The position numbers and the translations under genes are program-made. 64,000 nt of DNA from Blepharisma stoltei ATCC 30299 (Eukaryota; Protista; Ciliophora): positions 558,001 through 622,000 of the forward strand of contig CBFDEM010000053.1 of NCBI GenBank assembly GCA_965603825.1, read 5' to 3'. The notes beneath the pieces were generated by a model. It was not told where the DNA came from. It was given only the letters and a program-made list of their open reading frames with translations, and made no database searches. Position 1 is the stretch's first letter. Each line of letters begins with the position of its first letter. Of this stretch, positions 47,257 through 60,800 are shown one piece after another.

Positions 47257-48615
47257 ATGGGGTGTAACTCAAGTCGTGCAGAAAATCCGCAAAAAACAGA
47301 GCAAAAAATAGAAGATCTGGTATCTCATAACTCTAATTTGGCTAATTATGCAAAAGTTAATTCTGTGCATACACCAAAAGGTTCTAAATCTTTTGCAGTT
47401 CAACAAAATAACCAAAAGGCAATTCATTCGCCCTCATTCACATCAATAGCAGAGCAAGTTAGCCGCAAACAATCTATACTTAGCTCACAATCTGAAAGTG
47501 AGACAGACACTCCTGGAAAGCTATCAAAGCTAAACAGCTTAGAGCATTTTCGAAAGAAAACCCAAGAAGCGAAAAGTTATCTCCAAAAATTTTTAAAAAG
47601 AGCTGCATACCTTGAAGGTATAATGGAAAAAATTTCAAAATCTCCCAAAGGCGCTTTCAATTCTAGTGTTTTTGAAGCCCCTCTTGCAGAAAATACCCCA
47701 GAAGAGAAGCAAACCACAAGCAGCGATGATTTGGTTTTGATTCTAGAAGACCTAACTGAAATTAATTCAGCAGTTAATATTTTGAGTCAAAAGTTCACAA
47801 CAATAAATACTGGAATAAGTAAGCTGCTGATAAAAGATGATAATAGGCATAGTGAAAAGGAAGCCCAAAAAGAAGAAATTGATCAAGAAATAAAAAAATG
47901 TGAAAGTGTGACTGATACAAAAGAAGATTATTTGCATAAGGAAAATGCTGAAAATAATGAAAATAATGAAACAGAGGAAAAAGAAAACTTAAAAGTCGTA
48001 AATGAAGAGCCGATTATAGTCAGTAGTATTCTTTCAGATCTCATTGCAAGTCCTCCAGATGTTCAGATTGTATGTCAAGAAGTAAATGTGATAAATGAAG
48101 ATGCAGTAGAAAAAAACGAATTAAATGAAGAAATCGTTCACGAACAAGGCAGACCATCAGAGAATATATCGATTGACTCTGCACCAGAAATGATAAATAA
48201 ATCAAGGGTTATCGCTACCAAGCTCTTCAATGTTACCACAAAGCAGCCTGGCAAATCTAAGATTGGCGCAAGACCAAAACTTGAAGTTGACTCTCTTGCC
48301 CCTTCTAAACCTCATATTCAGCCAATTATAACTCCAAAACGAAACTCTGACATCGGTTCAAAATTGCCTCAATTCTTTTCTCCCTCTAGCAAACCTTTTG
48401 ATGAGCCTAAAAAGTTCCAAATCGCCAAAGCCTATCCTCAGATTTCTCAAGTTAGAATAAGATCAAGTCAGGACTCACTCAACCTCAACGCATTTGATGC
48501 CCTGAAAAAGCAAGTTGAAGCAGAAATTGACCCACAGAAACCCAAGTCTCGGATCCAAAAGATGAGTTTTGGAAATAACCACCCAAGATCCCTCTCAACA
48601 AGGTCAAATAATTAA
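47257..48615 (+). CDS. Hypothetical protein with N-myristoylation/palmitoylation motif (452 aa)
   Basis: Starts MGCNSS; long ORF. Confidence 0.8.
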   Translation: MGCNSSRAENPQKTEQKIEDLVSHNSNLANYAKVNSVHTPKGSKSFAVQQNNQKAIHSPSFTSIAEQVSRKQSILSSQSESETDTPGKLSKLNSLEHFRKKTQEAKSYLQKFLKRAAYLEGIMEKISKSPKGAFNSSVFEAPLAENTPEEKQTTSSDDLVLILEDLTEINSAVNILSQKFTTINTGISKLLIKDDNRHSEKEAQKEEIDQEIKKCESVTDTKEDYLHKENAENNENNETEEKENLKVVNEEPIIVSSILSDLIASPPDVQIVCQEVNVINEDAVEKNELNEEIVHEQGRPSENISIDSAPEMINKSRVIATKLFNVTTKQPGKSKIGARPKLEVDSLAPSKPHIQPIITPKRNSDIGSKLPQFFSPSSKPFDEPKKFQIAKAYPQISQVRIRSSQDSLNLNAFDALKKQVEAEIDPQKPKSRIQKMSFGNNHPRSLSTRSNN

Positions 48616-48707
48616 TTATGGCATAATATAATAATAAGGCCAAATAATTTTTAAAAATCATTACCTTCTCATAAAAATATTTTTAACGTCATTTTAATTA
48701 TTTAAAT

Positions 48708-49640
48708 ATGAAGCATTTACTACAAATCAAGGAACAGAATTGGAATGCAATTGGTGAAAAATCACGAATAAAAGAGCTTGAAGAAGAGCTCAGACAAGTC
48801 CATGAAGCTTTAGACCGAGCTCAGCAGGAAAAAGAAGAAGATACAGAAACTGAGCTGAAAGACACAAAAGCAAAACTCAGAGTAATTACAACGAAATTTG
48901 CAAATGTAAGGAAAGAACGGGACTCATTGAAGAAAGAGAACCGTTCTCTGCAAAACGAAATTTTGGAGCTGCAGTCTAACATGAGACAAATGGTCCCTGG
49001 ATATCACAATATATCCGCTTCATTCCCAATGCTTAATGAGATAACTGATATATGCTCGAAGTTTTATAAATGTGACTGCCAAGATATGTTTTTTGAAACA
49101 CTTGGACCTGAGTTGTCAATGGAAGGTGTTGTGTATTTTTTTAGGACTGCTTTTTCGAGAATAAATGACTTGGTAAAAGCATATTTTGCACCAGCTGAGG
49201 ACTCGCTGAGACGTGTAATTGGGATTGAGACACTTGAAGGACCAATTATGAATGTATTGAGGAAAAGCTACCAAGTTACTTGGAAGCAAATTTATCAGCA
49301 ATGCGTGTCAGCAATTTCTATACAGAAAATTGTTGAGGATATTAATAGAGTGCTTAGACTTGGTGACAACTCTAAGTCGGCTAATGCACAGATCTATGGG
49401 TTTATACAGAATCTAAGTGAACTGCTGTTTACTTTTTATATAAATGATCCGCCAGTCAAATGTGGATGGGAGCAAGTTGGCCAAGAGGTCGAATTCAGCT
49501 CTTTGCTTCATGATGCACTCGATGGATTTATCAGACCTGGAGACAAGTGTATTGTAGTCATACCTCCTGCTTTTAAAGCTACTGGAGAGATACTTGTGAG
49601 ATCTGGTGTTCTTCATGTAGATTATGAGATGAACATTTAA
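48708..49640 (+). CDS. Coiled-coil protein with MIEAP-like C-terminal domain (310 aa)
   Basis: N-terminal coiled coil; C-terminal INDPPV..GDKCIVVIPPAF..GEILVRSGVL pattern (domain call tentative). Confidence 0.7.
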   Translation: MKHLLQIKEQNWNAIGEKSRIKELEEELRQVHEALDRAQQEKEEDTETELKDTKAKLRVITTKFANVRKERDSLKKENRSLQNEILELQSNMRQMVPGYHNISASFPMLNEITDICSKFYKCDCQDMFFETLGPELSMEGVVYFFRTAFSRINDLVKAYFAPAEDSLRRVIGIETLEGPIMNVLRKSYQVTWKQIYQQCVSAISIQKIVEDINRVLRLGDNSKSANAQIYGFIQNLSELLFTFYINDPPVKCGWEQVGQEVEFSSLLHDALDGFIRPGDKCIVVIPPAFKATGEILVRSGVLHVDYEMNI

Positions 49641-50297
49641 TTTATATATAAGTTTCAGTTTTTATTAAATTGGATTTGAATGGAAAATAGAGCATAAACC
49701 TTCAAAATTTTTTGAGATTGTATATTTATAGCATATTTAAAGAAAATTTTAGCAGATTAAGTAAGTTGAGTTTGCTAGAATCTGTATTATACAAAATATA
49801 ACTAAATTTAGTTGCAAATATAGGATTAAATATAGAATGAAATACTAAACTCCATAAATTGACTTGGATATAAATTGATAAATAATGCCAGCTTACATAT
49901 CTAATTCAATTGTATTTGAATAAAAATTTTAAAGGCTAAAATATTACATTAGACTTCATTGCATTAAAGCTGGCTAAAATTTTCTCCAGCTTGTAAAACT
50001 GGGAAAATAAATAAAGTAGTTTTTATTGAATTTTGCTATTTATAATACTCTTTTTAAAGAAATTTCAGGTGATTATTTAAAATCTTACTTGATGAGTTTT
50101 TGAAAAAGGTTTAGGCAGTTTCTAATGTTTAACTCTTTTAGTATCAAAAATTAATCAAAAATAATTAAAAAACGGCCAAGATCGCTTTAAAATTCTTGCC
50201 AGGAGATCAATTTTTTAACTCAGCTAATCTTAAAACTTAGTCTAATTAATCTCTATCAATTCCAAAAAATAATAATATATACAGTCTTAAGAGAACT

Positions 50298-51773
50298 ATG
50301 GTCGACACTTTAAGACAAAGACTTTTATCACTCGCTACAATGGTTTTAGTTCTATATGTCATATTTTCAACTATCACCTCTCCTCCTCCAAGATCCAAAC
50401 CTCAGTCCTCAGAAAATCAAGTTACCTCTAATAATTATAGTAGAATATTTATGGACTTTTTTATCAGCTATCAAAATTATATCGGGACATGATCCTCTAA
50501 GAGTACCAGGTGATTAACCCAACGCTCAGGTAAAGTATATTTCGCTGTAAAATACACAAAACCATTCCTCTTCAGATTTTTGATTTTTGACGGAGTTTAC
50601 GAGACTGATGCTTCATATGCTTTATTTACAGATATAGGAATAGATGATTCTGCTATGCTTGCAAGCTGAGAAGGAGAGCTTAAATTTGTAGAGAAGCATG
50701 ACAGAGACCCTAGAGACTGCGCTTCAGTTTTGAAATTAGATTATAACCGAGAAAATAAGAAGATAGAAGGGAAAATAAGTTCACACAACTGCTATTTTGA
50801 AATAAATTTCTCATTAAACGAATATACTTATGAGATGGAGAGAAATCCGAAAATTTATTATTCTATTTTCTCATCGCTACTATCAATTGTATTGATTTTA
50901 GCTTTTGTAAGGCATATATATATCTGCAATCATAATATGCAGATAGCTCAGAGGACTTCAATTTTAACTATTGGTATGAATGGAGCGATTGACTGTTTTT
51001 TATCTCTATGAAATCTTGATGCTGGATTTAAAACGTGGCCTGGCTTCGACTATATGCTTTTTGCAGCATTTTGAACTGCTGGGCTATTTGTTTTTGTAGA
51101 TATGAAACTTGCAGTGTTGGTATGGAAAGCTCAGCACCCAGAAATTTTTGATTTCGGAATATCTATTGCAAGAAGATTTTCCACGAACTTCCAAAAGCGG
51201 TATTTTTTATTAGTTTTATTTGCAAATATTGTGCTGATTTCTTCTCATAACTTGTATTATATTACGATCCCTGCGATGCATTTTATATTTCTGCCTCAAA
51301 TTATTAAAAATGCATTTAATGGATACAAAGAGACAATAAGCCCTTGGATATGCACAGTCGTTTTGCTAGCTAGACTGGCGTTTGTGAGCTATTTGTTTTT
51401 ATGTCCTAAAAATTTTGCATCGTACGCTCCTGACTCAGTGGTTGCGGTTTTGACAATTGCTGTATGTTTGTTGCAAATTGGGGTTATATGGCTGCAGAAG
51501 AGCATGCCAAGCTTTATCTTGCCAGAAAGATTTCGGCCACAAATTTATAATTATTTTGAAGATGTAAAGCCTGGAATGGCTGAGGAATTAGATTGCACAA
51601 TATGTATGAGCACAATTTCTACTGAATCTGACGATAATGGTACAGCAGAGTATGTAAGACGTATGCGAGCTCCTTGTGGGCATCGTTTTCATGAAGAGTG
51701 CTTGATCAGATGGATGAGCGTAAAAATGGAATGCCCTACATGTAGGTCAACACTTCCTGAAATAAATACTTAA
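50298..51773 (+). CDS. TUL1/Dsc1-like multi-TM RING-H2 E3 ligase (491 aa)
   Basis: One frame with five TGA=W (50490, 50511, 50667, 51009, 51072); FLPQIIKNA, LCPKNF, FILPERF and RING CTICM..PCGHRFHEECL..W..CPTCR. Confidence 0.88.
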
Positions 51774-51892
51774 TGATCTTCCTGAATTAATAAATTTTCT
51801 TTATATTTAATACAATTCAAATAGCTATTTACAGATTAATTATATTATCAATATTTAATCCTAATAAAATAAAATAATTTTCTTATAATAAG

Positions 51893-54800
51893 TTAATCAT
51901 CAAGCTGGCAAAGTAGTGCAACTCCTCTTCGAATCCAATGCACAGGCTCCAAAGTAGTCGGAAGCTCCAAAAACAGCACAAAGTTTGTAGAGTGCCCAGT
52001 TGTGCTTAATTCTCCTGCTCTTAGCGACGTCTTGTACAGCGGAGACTGGTATACAAGTGTTTTAACTTCTACATCCAATGTAATCGGCTCTAGCCATATT
52101 ACTGGCATTTCTGTGAACAAGGCTCCTGGGTCGCTTTCATCAAGTCTTTCTCTTCTCCAGTCCCACTTAGCCCCTTGTAAGAAAAGTCCATGTATATTAA
52201 CCCCATTTTCCGGCATTTCTTTGACTTCATGATGGGTTTTGCCTAAAATTTCTGTTTTGAACCTTAAAGTATCAATTGGGGTCTGTGTCTTTCTTGCGTA
52301 CATTTGTAAAGCTGATGTCATAAAGCCTTGTGGGAAAAAGAAAGCTGAAAGCCAATATGATGGTCTTGGGCCATTAGTGAGCCAGTCATGAATGAACTCT
52401 ACACGCTGAATTAGATCTCTAACCCATGACCCAAGCGGTTTCAGAGATGGATAAGCTTGATCAGTCCACAAATCAGGGACTCTTTGGTTTAAAAAGCTGT
52501 TATACATCCTTTCCAGGTCTTGGCCCATGACTACATCTCCTCTGATAGCTTTTTGCAATTGTACAAGTGTATGCCTCATGACTCTCAGTAGTTTATTAAA
52601 TCGGTAAATTTCTTGCCCTACAAATACACCTAATGAGTTTATAGCTCCTTGGTCATTCTTAGCAAAGGTGTCTGGGTGTTGGTCTTTTTCTGCATCCATT
52701 GGCATAGGGCATTTCTCTTCAATTTCAGCAGCAATTTCATTAACAATATCATCTGAGCTTTTTCCAGTTCCTGCACTTGAGAGTTTGGGATGTATAAGTG
52801 TGATGGTTTCCCTGAATTCCTTAACAGTTTTTCTATTAAATGTGATATTTGCATTAGAGTGCAAGCCAAAAATCTCAGGGTCTTCTTCAAGAGGAAGTCC
52901 TCTTATGTATTCTTTAAATTCATCTAATGTCTCAGCAGTTGGCAGCCTAAAGGTCCCAGACGATGAAAAAGTATAGGCTGGGTTCATTACATCAGGAGTG
53001 AAATAAACGTCGAGCAATGCTTTAATTAGCCTCACATCTTTGTCATCAGTAACTCTTCCACCATAATTTACTTCAGCGACTAGCACTTTTAGCGTTCCAT
53101 ATGGCACAAGTGCTTGCTCATTTAGATACATAAACAGCTGAGCATTGCTTGTTACGAAATCTGAGGTCATCCATTCATAAGGAATATTCCAGCCTATAGC
53201 GCCGAATTTTCGCCTTTCTAAAATAACTGCATGGAAAAAGGCTAAAGCAAAAAGCAGTCTTTTGTATTCATAGGATTTTGAACAGCCTTCAAAGTTTTCG
53301 ACTTTTACATCTTGATAGGTCCTACCGAGGTTGGCGCGAAGTCCTTTTGGTGGCTCATTAGTTAATTTGATGCCACTTTGTAGCACAGGTACAGGGAATT
53401 TAGTGCTTGGCATAGAAGTAAGCCAAAGCCTATACTCAGGATGTAGGTCACCTTCTACTTGTTGCTCTTGGATTCTTTCAAGCTCAGGCATCCACGAAGC
53501 CGCCAAGTGACAGTTTTGCAAACAGACCCAGTCTCCATTTCTTCTTCCATTATCTATAAGTTTTTCAGCTGATTTCCCTTGTCCTTGACCTAAGGAAAGC
53601 ATTCTAAATCTCCCATCCATTTCATTATCAGCCGCAAGTTTCAGCAAATCGCTTATAGGATCAGCTCCAGGGCTTAAAATAAAGATAATAGGTGTTGTAC
53701 AGTTAGAGTCCTCAAAAGCACCTTTAAGGTCAAAAGGTGGTGATTCAATGAAAAATTGGCCAAGCTCTTGTGATACATAAACTTTGATTCCTTGGACAAG
53801 CTTTTCATCTTTAATGATGCTGCCAATTAATAATTTTTGGAATAGGGAAAGAGAAGCTTCATATGGGGATGGCAATTTTTCTTTAAATGGGTTATCACTT
53901 ACAAATAGCGGTTTCCATTTCTCAGGCGAGGTTTCAAATGACTTAATAATCCCAATAAAGTTTTCATGGACATTTTCAAGCCCTTTGATAGCAGCCCATG
54001 TGTTTTTATCAATATTTAGACCTCCTGCTTCTAATGGTTCTCCTTCAGTATCTTCAATTCCTCTCAAGAAGTAAGCGAACTCTTCCTGCCTAATTTTTCC
54101 GGCCTTAAGTGAAATCCTGACAGTATTCAAGAACGAATAAAGCAGTTTTTCCTTCTCAAAAAGTCCTCTACATATATTCAAATAGAAAGCTCTTGTAATA
54201 TCATCTACAAGTATATTGAGTCTAACACTAACAATATCACTCTTCTGTGATTTCACAAGCCTCATATTAAACAATTTGCTAAAGAAGTCTAAAGAATACT
54301 GATACATAGGGTCAACTAGTCCCATATCTGCGATCACAAAGTAAAGAATTGACCCACGCTCAGCTACAACTCTATATTCTTCTCTTGCAGCGTCAATGCT
54401 TTTAGCAGTTTCTTCAGACTCAGCCATTCTGACATGGATAACTTCACTAGTCTTTTTGCTTGCAGCTAAAGTTTCTATAAGGACTTCGTCGTCCAAAATA
54501 TCGCCACTTGCCTTGGAAATCATTGTCAAGATTTTGTCTTCTAACTCCTGAAGCATATCTTTGTCACTGGAAATTTGGACAATCAGCTTGTTTTTAAGCT
54601 CTTCTAGGTCTGGTTTTTCTGCCTTAACGACATCAACTAATAGCTGGTCTTCTAGCCCTTGCAGAGTGACTGTAAAGTTAATGACAGTCACTTTGATGCA
54701 GATTTCTGGCAAATAGTGAGGGTTGGACAGCTTAGAAGTCATATAAAATCTGAAGTCAGGAGAATAAGGGACGTCTTGGTCGCCAAGCCTTAAGACCATT

Positions 54801-57800
54801 TGGCCGCCTTTTTTGACTACTTGTTTCTGCAAGACAGGGTCAATACTTGGGTCAAGCTTTTCTTCGACACTTTCAAGGAGAATAGGATTGCCAAATCTGA
54901 TGCCATTTTCCAAAGTTTTCAAGAAGTTTGACTCAGAGAATTTTATGACTTTTAAGGTTTCTCTGTCCATTGATTTTATCCAATGGTTTGCTTGACCTTG
55001 AGGGTCAATAATAAGCGGCCACCTTCTGCTCCTGGTAACAATAATTGCATTGTCTAAAGAAAGTTTATCAGCTGGCAGACCTGCTAAGGTTCATTCTCTT
55101 ACTTCTACAGGATCAGCTAGGACTCTATCAAGCGAAAAGTTAGAAGCCACAGGGACTCTTTGGGTCTGAGAAGTCCTGATCCACTTTTCAAGCAGCCTTT
55201 GTCTGTAATTCAATGTAAATGGTCCCAAATACGCTACAAAGCCAGCAGACAGCATAATATTTCCTATCAGATTTTTCAAGTCTGCCTCAAGTAGCTTTGC
55301 AGACTCACTCCACCTTTGGCTTTCACTGCTAAGCCCTGATACAAGTTTTTCAGCTCTAATAAGTCTTGCTTCAGTCAGCTGGCTTTTCATCCTTAATTCT
55401 TCTCCTTTCTTAATACTATTCGCAAAGTTATTTTCTAAATCTTGGACTTCTTTTTGGACTGTCCTTAGCGCTGACTGTTTTTGGAAAAGCTCATCTTGGG
55501 CTTTCTTTAAGTTTGACTCAGCCTGTGCCAGTCTTTGTCTCTTTGGTTCCACATTTTTAGCGATTTTTGCATATTTATCTAGCGCACAAACCCATTCACA
55601 TAAAGAAGCAGCAGCAATTGATTTGGACTCCACAAATTGTCGGTTGAACTCTTGATCATCTATATAAATAGACAGTTTTCTCAGAGTTTGTGCAGAAATA
55701 TTGTCTTTCGGGAAGTTGACGCAGTTGTTTAAAAAGTTGATATCATTGAGCAGCTTTTTGGCAGAATCCCAGCTTTGTTTTTCTCCGAATAGTAAACAGA
55801 CGGCATTCATGACTTTTTCTATAGCTGGATGGGGCTTGATGTAGCTTTTTACTTCGACGATATCTTTTTTCTCAAGTTTTTCTAATGCAGAGTTTGCAGC
55901 TCTTAGCACAGGCAAGGCTTCGTCAAGGTCTTTTTGGCACTCATCTTTGATTTCTGAGACTTCTTTCATAGTCGCTGCACACTCAGCTTCATCTTTTGAG
56001 CAGGATTCTTCTTTTATTTTAGCATCAGCTTGCTTTACTTGTAGCTCGACCTGTAATTTTTCGTTTTCTATTGATCTTTCCTTTAAGACTTCTTTTAATT
56101 CTCCTTGCTGGATCTGCAGCTCAGCCACCATTTGGTTGGTTTCTTTAAGTCTTTTGAGCCCAGTCACATATTTATTGATTTTTTCTGGAACTTTTTTCTG
56201 TTGAAGAGTGAGCATGTCTAGGTATAATTTGATGAGCTCTAAATATGAGGTAGGGGTTGTATAGTTTTTCCTTCTTAATTCCATTTCAAAGTTGCGTGAC
56301 TCACGAGTTACTGTTTGGTGGATATCCACACAGATCTTGCAGAGCTGATCTTTGAGGTCTTTTATACCTAAGTGTTCATTTTCTTTGAAAAATCGTTCTG
56401 CGACTGAAGTCAAGGCGTCAACTGGCCATGGGTCATACCAATCAATTGTACAGCAGTTTATAATTGATGGGAACTGTCTGCATCGCACCCTAAACTGCTC
56501 TCCGACTGGGCTGAAAGCTAAAATTATATGCAAATTGTCTCGACAAAGCTGCACATAATGCTGCATAATGATGTCTGGGAGATCAGCTTTGCCTGCTTCT
56601 TTGGCTTTAGGCCTGACCAAGTCCATTATTTCTTGCAGCTCTCCAGGGTCATAAAGATTAGGGACTTCTCCTGTGTTTAGAATATTATTGATATCTTCTA
56701 AGAAGGACTCTTTCACAATTTGTGTGTCGCTAAAAATGAAAGCTATCTGGTCGTCTTCTCCGCCTGCTGATTTCAAAAGGACTTTTAAGTCGTCATGGAA
56801 CTGGGCTGTTCCATAAATACGGGTAATTTCAATAGAAAACGGCTTATAGCCTGCCATAGAAGAAGCTAGCCTTGCCAAAGACTGTCTGCCACTTCCACCT
56901 ACACCGACTAGTAGAGCATTTCCTCTAGGCTGTTTCAAAATTCTGCTGATTCTTGTCAAATGGTTAATTGCGTCTTTAAAGAAAACCAAGTTCATCCTAT
57001 TAGAAAACTCAGCATTATATCTTTCTAAATCAAAATCAAGCTTTTGCAGCAGCTGCTCGTTGTTATCAATTTGCTTATATTCTTTAGATGGGCCACTCAT
57101 TATGTCACCAAAAATGATATCTGCCCACTCTTTTCTGGGAATTTCGCTGTTTAAGTGAATTTTCATTTTACGTTCAAGTTCGTCGTTAAACCAATTTCTG
57201 TCTTTTTCATCGACCAGCCTATCTCGAAAAACTCTGCAGCTCTCATGAAGCCAAAGCAGGACTAAAGTATTGAGGTCTCTTAGGTTTTCGTAGCGGATCA
57301 TAAGTATACCTTGGATAACCTTGCTGAGATCTCTTAAGTTAAATGTATAATGGCTCTTGCTTGGAGTAGGTAATAAGTCATTGCAGATTTTAAGGTAATT
57401 TTCGACACTGGCTTTTACGATTGGGTCTGCATAGTCTGATAAATTTTCATCAGGGTTTTCATCTAAAAATCCACGAAGAATTGATGCAAAAATGGTTTCC
57501 ATAGACTGTTGAGACAGCTGGGTCTGCCATACCATATTAAAATGCCTGAAAAATCGAGGAGTAACAGCATTTCTGCCACCTCCTGGGGGTGCACAGCTTG
57601 CTACAAAGATAACGTCTTCTACGTTCTTGAAGAAGAATTTTTTAAGATCATAATACCCTCCTTCTATTATTTGCCTTAAAAGCTCAACTGGAGGCTGTGA
57701 GCCATATCTGTCAAGTGCTGGCATATTGACATCATCCACAAACATGATCATTTTTTTGCCAATTGGAGGCCTTCTAAGCTTTTTCTTTGGCTTCGTCAGC

Positions 57801-60800
57801 TTGTCTTCAAAAATATCATTAAGATTATGGGTAGAAGTCTGTGCTGAGCAGTTAATTACAGTTGACACAAACCATTCATTTTCTGTAGAGTTCAGATAAT
57901 CCTTTATAATGACTGTTTTTCCAACCCCTGTATTTCCAGTGAATAAAATATGGCATTGATTTTTGGCAAGAACTTCAAGTAAAAATCTGTCCCTTACAGT
58001 ATCCACAGTGGGTACTAAAATTGAGAAAAATGGCTGATTTACGTTATAGTTAAATGAAGGAACCCTTGCTTCCCATAGCACAAACTCCACCATATCATCA
58101 TCAATGCAGTAATCATACACAGTGCTTTGGTATGGGAAATTCCTATAAAGCCTTTCCATTTCAAATCTCATTTTTTTATCAAACAGCATCCTGCTTTGAT
58201 CGTTCAAGTTTGCACCAAGAGTCCAAGTCACTGCAAAAATCATATACAAGTTAGTAAGAGTTTCTGCGTCATCTGGGCGTTTTTTTGCTATTAATTCTTG
58301 CTTTAATAAAGCGCTTATCAGCTTTAAACAAGATGAGACCAAATTGGCGTTCATTGAAGGAACTTCTTCTTTGCAGTCACTTCTTACGAATGGCAGCAGG
58401 CTTTCTATGAGTTTTCTGGTATTTTGGATAACGTGGTCTGCAAGAGTAGGAAGCTGAGTTTTGAAGCCAATTGCCCAGGACTCTATTAGAGGCTGCCAGC
58501 CTAGATGAACAGGATCAATATAAACCATACCACATCTGCTAACAGTAGCAGGTGAAGCTTGAGCTAGATCTTGTACCTCAAAAAGCATAGTAATGGTATC
58601 AGGAAGTTTAATTCTTTCTCCACTCACAAGACAAAGCATTTTGTTGTCGTCAAGCACAGTATTCATACTTTCGATCCAAAGAGAGTCTACAGGCCCGTCA
58701 AACACAATCCATTTCTTGGCTGGTGTGCCATCAGCCTTCGCAGCCCTTACAAGAATAGGGACAATTCCGTCAGTAAAATCTCCAGTCAAATTTGTTTGAC
58801 CATATAGTTCTCCCATACTGATAGATTTAGGATTTAAAGGATAGTAAAAGATTTTCTGATGTGAAGGGTCTTTTTTAAGGCTTTCGTCTTCTTCTTCCTC
58901 TTTAAATAGCTGCGTCAAAGCTCTTGCTAAGGTTTTATAAATAGTGGTTTTGCCTGTAGAAGCGGGGCCTACAATCATATTTCCATGTCTTACAAGCATA
59001 GTTTCGAATAGCTGGATTACTTTGAGCACAAAACTGTCAGGCTGCATATACCCTTGTTTGGTAAGCTGTTCTCTTATAGCTCTTTCTAAAGACCCATAGT
59101 CTACATAAGGGACTTTTACTTGTGGAAACAGATCTGCAATGATCCCTCTGAATAGTGGCAAATCTTGCTCCAAGAACTTTGGGACGTTAGAGTCTCTCAT
59201 AGCTCTAATAAGTACGACATCTTCTGACAAATCAGGGTTTTTCCTTCTCAGCTGTCCAGCCATGACTAGGACACTTTTAACTGCTCTCATACCAAAATCA
59301 TAATGGTCTTGTTTTGACAGCTGCTCTGAGGCTAGCTTATAGAGCTGAACCATTTTTCTTGCTAAGTTTCTGGCGTTTTCAAAACCTTCAGAGAAAAGGA
59401 TAATTTCTGCAATCATTGCATAGTCAGGAATCATCATAGCCACTGGCCTGAAAAGGGCTTTTAAGTTGTCAGGGAGCTCTGTTCTGCCAGCATACCCAGG
59501 ATTCATAGTGATAAAAACCCCAAACCTGCGGTCAAGCTTAAGCAGCCTTCCAAAGAACTCGAATTCGTCTTGGTTATTTCTGACGGCGTGCTGAATCGTG
59601 AGAATTTGTTGGGCAATGACAGAAAGCACTTCTATGTCAATTCTGTTAAATTCATCAAAACAAGACCAAGCGCCAGCTTGGGCTAAACCAGAGAAAAATC
59701 TAGCCATAATGTTGACGTCAAGACCATCAGAGCAGTTGAAGACGACACATTGGATTGCTAAAGCTTTGCCAAGATCTTTTGTAGTCTCTGTTTTACCAGT
59801 CCCTGCAGGGCCTTGTGGAGCTCCTCCATAGAACAAATGTAAAGCGCCTGTCAAGGTTAAGTAGCATTTATCAGTAAGAGGAGTAATCACAAGTCTTGGG
59901 CCATTTCCTAAATATTCATAAGCATAAGTAAATCTGGCATTAGTCTGCCTAACAATGCAGTTATCAACGTCAGCTTCCCAATAATATCTCAGTTGTTTGC
60001 TCCATTCGAAATCCCACACACTTTTGACTTTATTTGAAATTAAATTCCCAATGACATCTCTGCCGTGCACATCCAGGACAATAAGTGCGCCCATCAGGGT
60101 TCTTTCTAGATATTGAAGGTCATCTCTTACAATTGTGACTGAGTCATTGATTTGGAGTCTGCAAAACTCGTAGAACTCTTTGATGGCGTTAGGGTTCCTT
60201 TCGTGCTCAACGTTATCAATAGCTTGAGTGGCAAAAAAAGTCCACATTATTTGATCAACCACCAAAAGGCTTTGGGCTGGCAAATTGCAGTCAAAGAACC
60301 ATTGTTTTCTGTGAAGGGCATCGTGAGGATAAATTTGGAAAGCTTTTTTGGTAAGGTCATATAAAGTCAGCCTCATCATGGCTTCAATATTGGTTAGCCA
60401 ATGCTCTACATTGCCTTCAGGGATGACTGGGCTTGAGAACTGGCATTGTTCATTTTCTCCACTAATCATGCCGACTACGCTTAAGCTTTCTTTTTCTTCT
60501 TTGAAAACAATTTTGTCCATATTGTCAAAGCATTTTCTTAAGTGGTCTTGGACTTTTCGTGGGTTTCTAGTTTGACTTAAAATTTCAAGCAGCTCTTCAT
60601 CAGCTAAGAAATAGAACCTGGGGAAAGCGAGTCTTTTGCTTTCTAAATACTCATCGAGCGATTTTTTGATTTCTTCTAACACTTTATTGTTTTTTAAGAA
60701 TTTCTCTAAAAGTCCTTCAGCTAAACAAGCTTCAATGACACTAGGATTTTTGTTAGTTCTCATCATAAGGTCTCTCCAAAATCTGTCGACGCCTTGGAAC

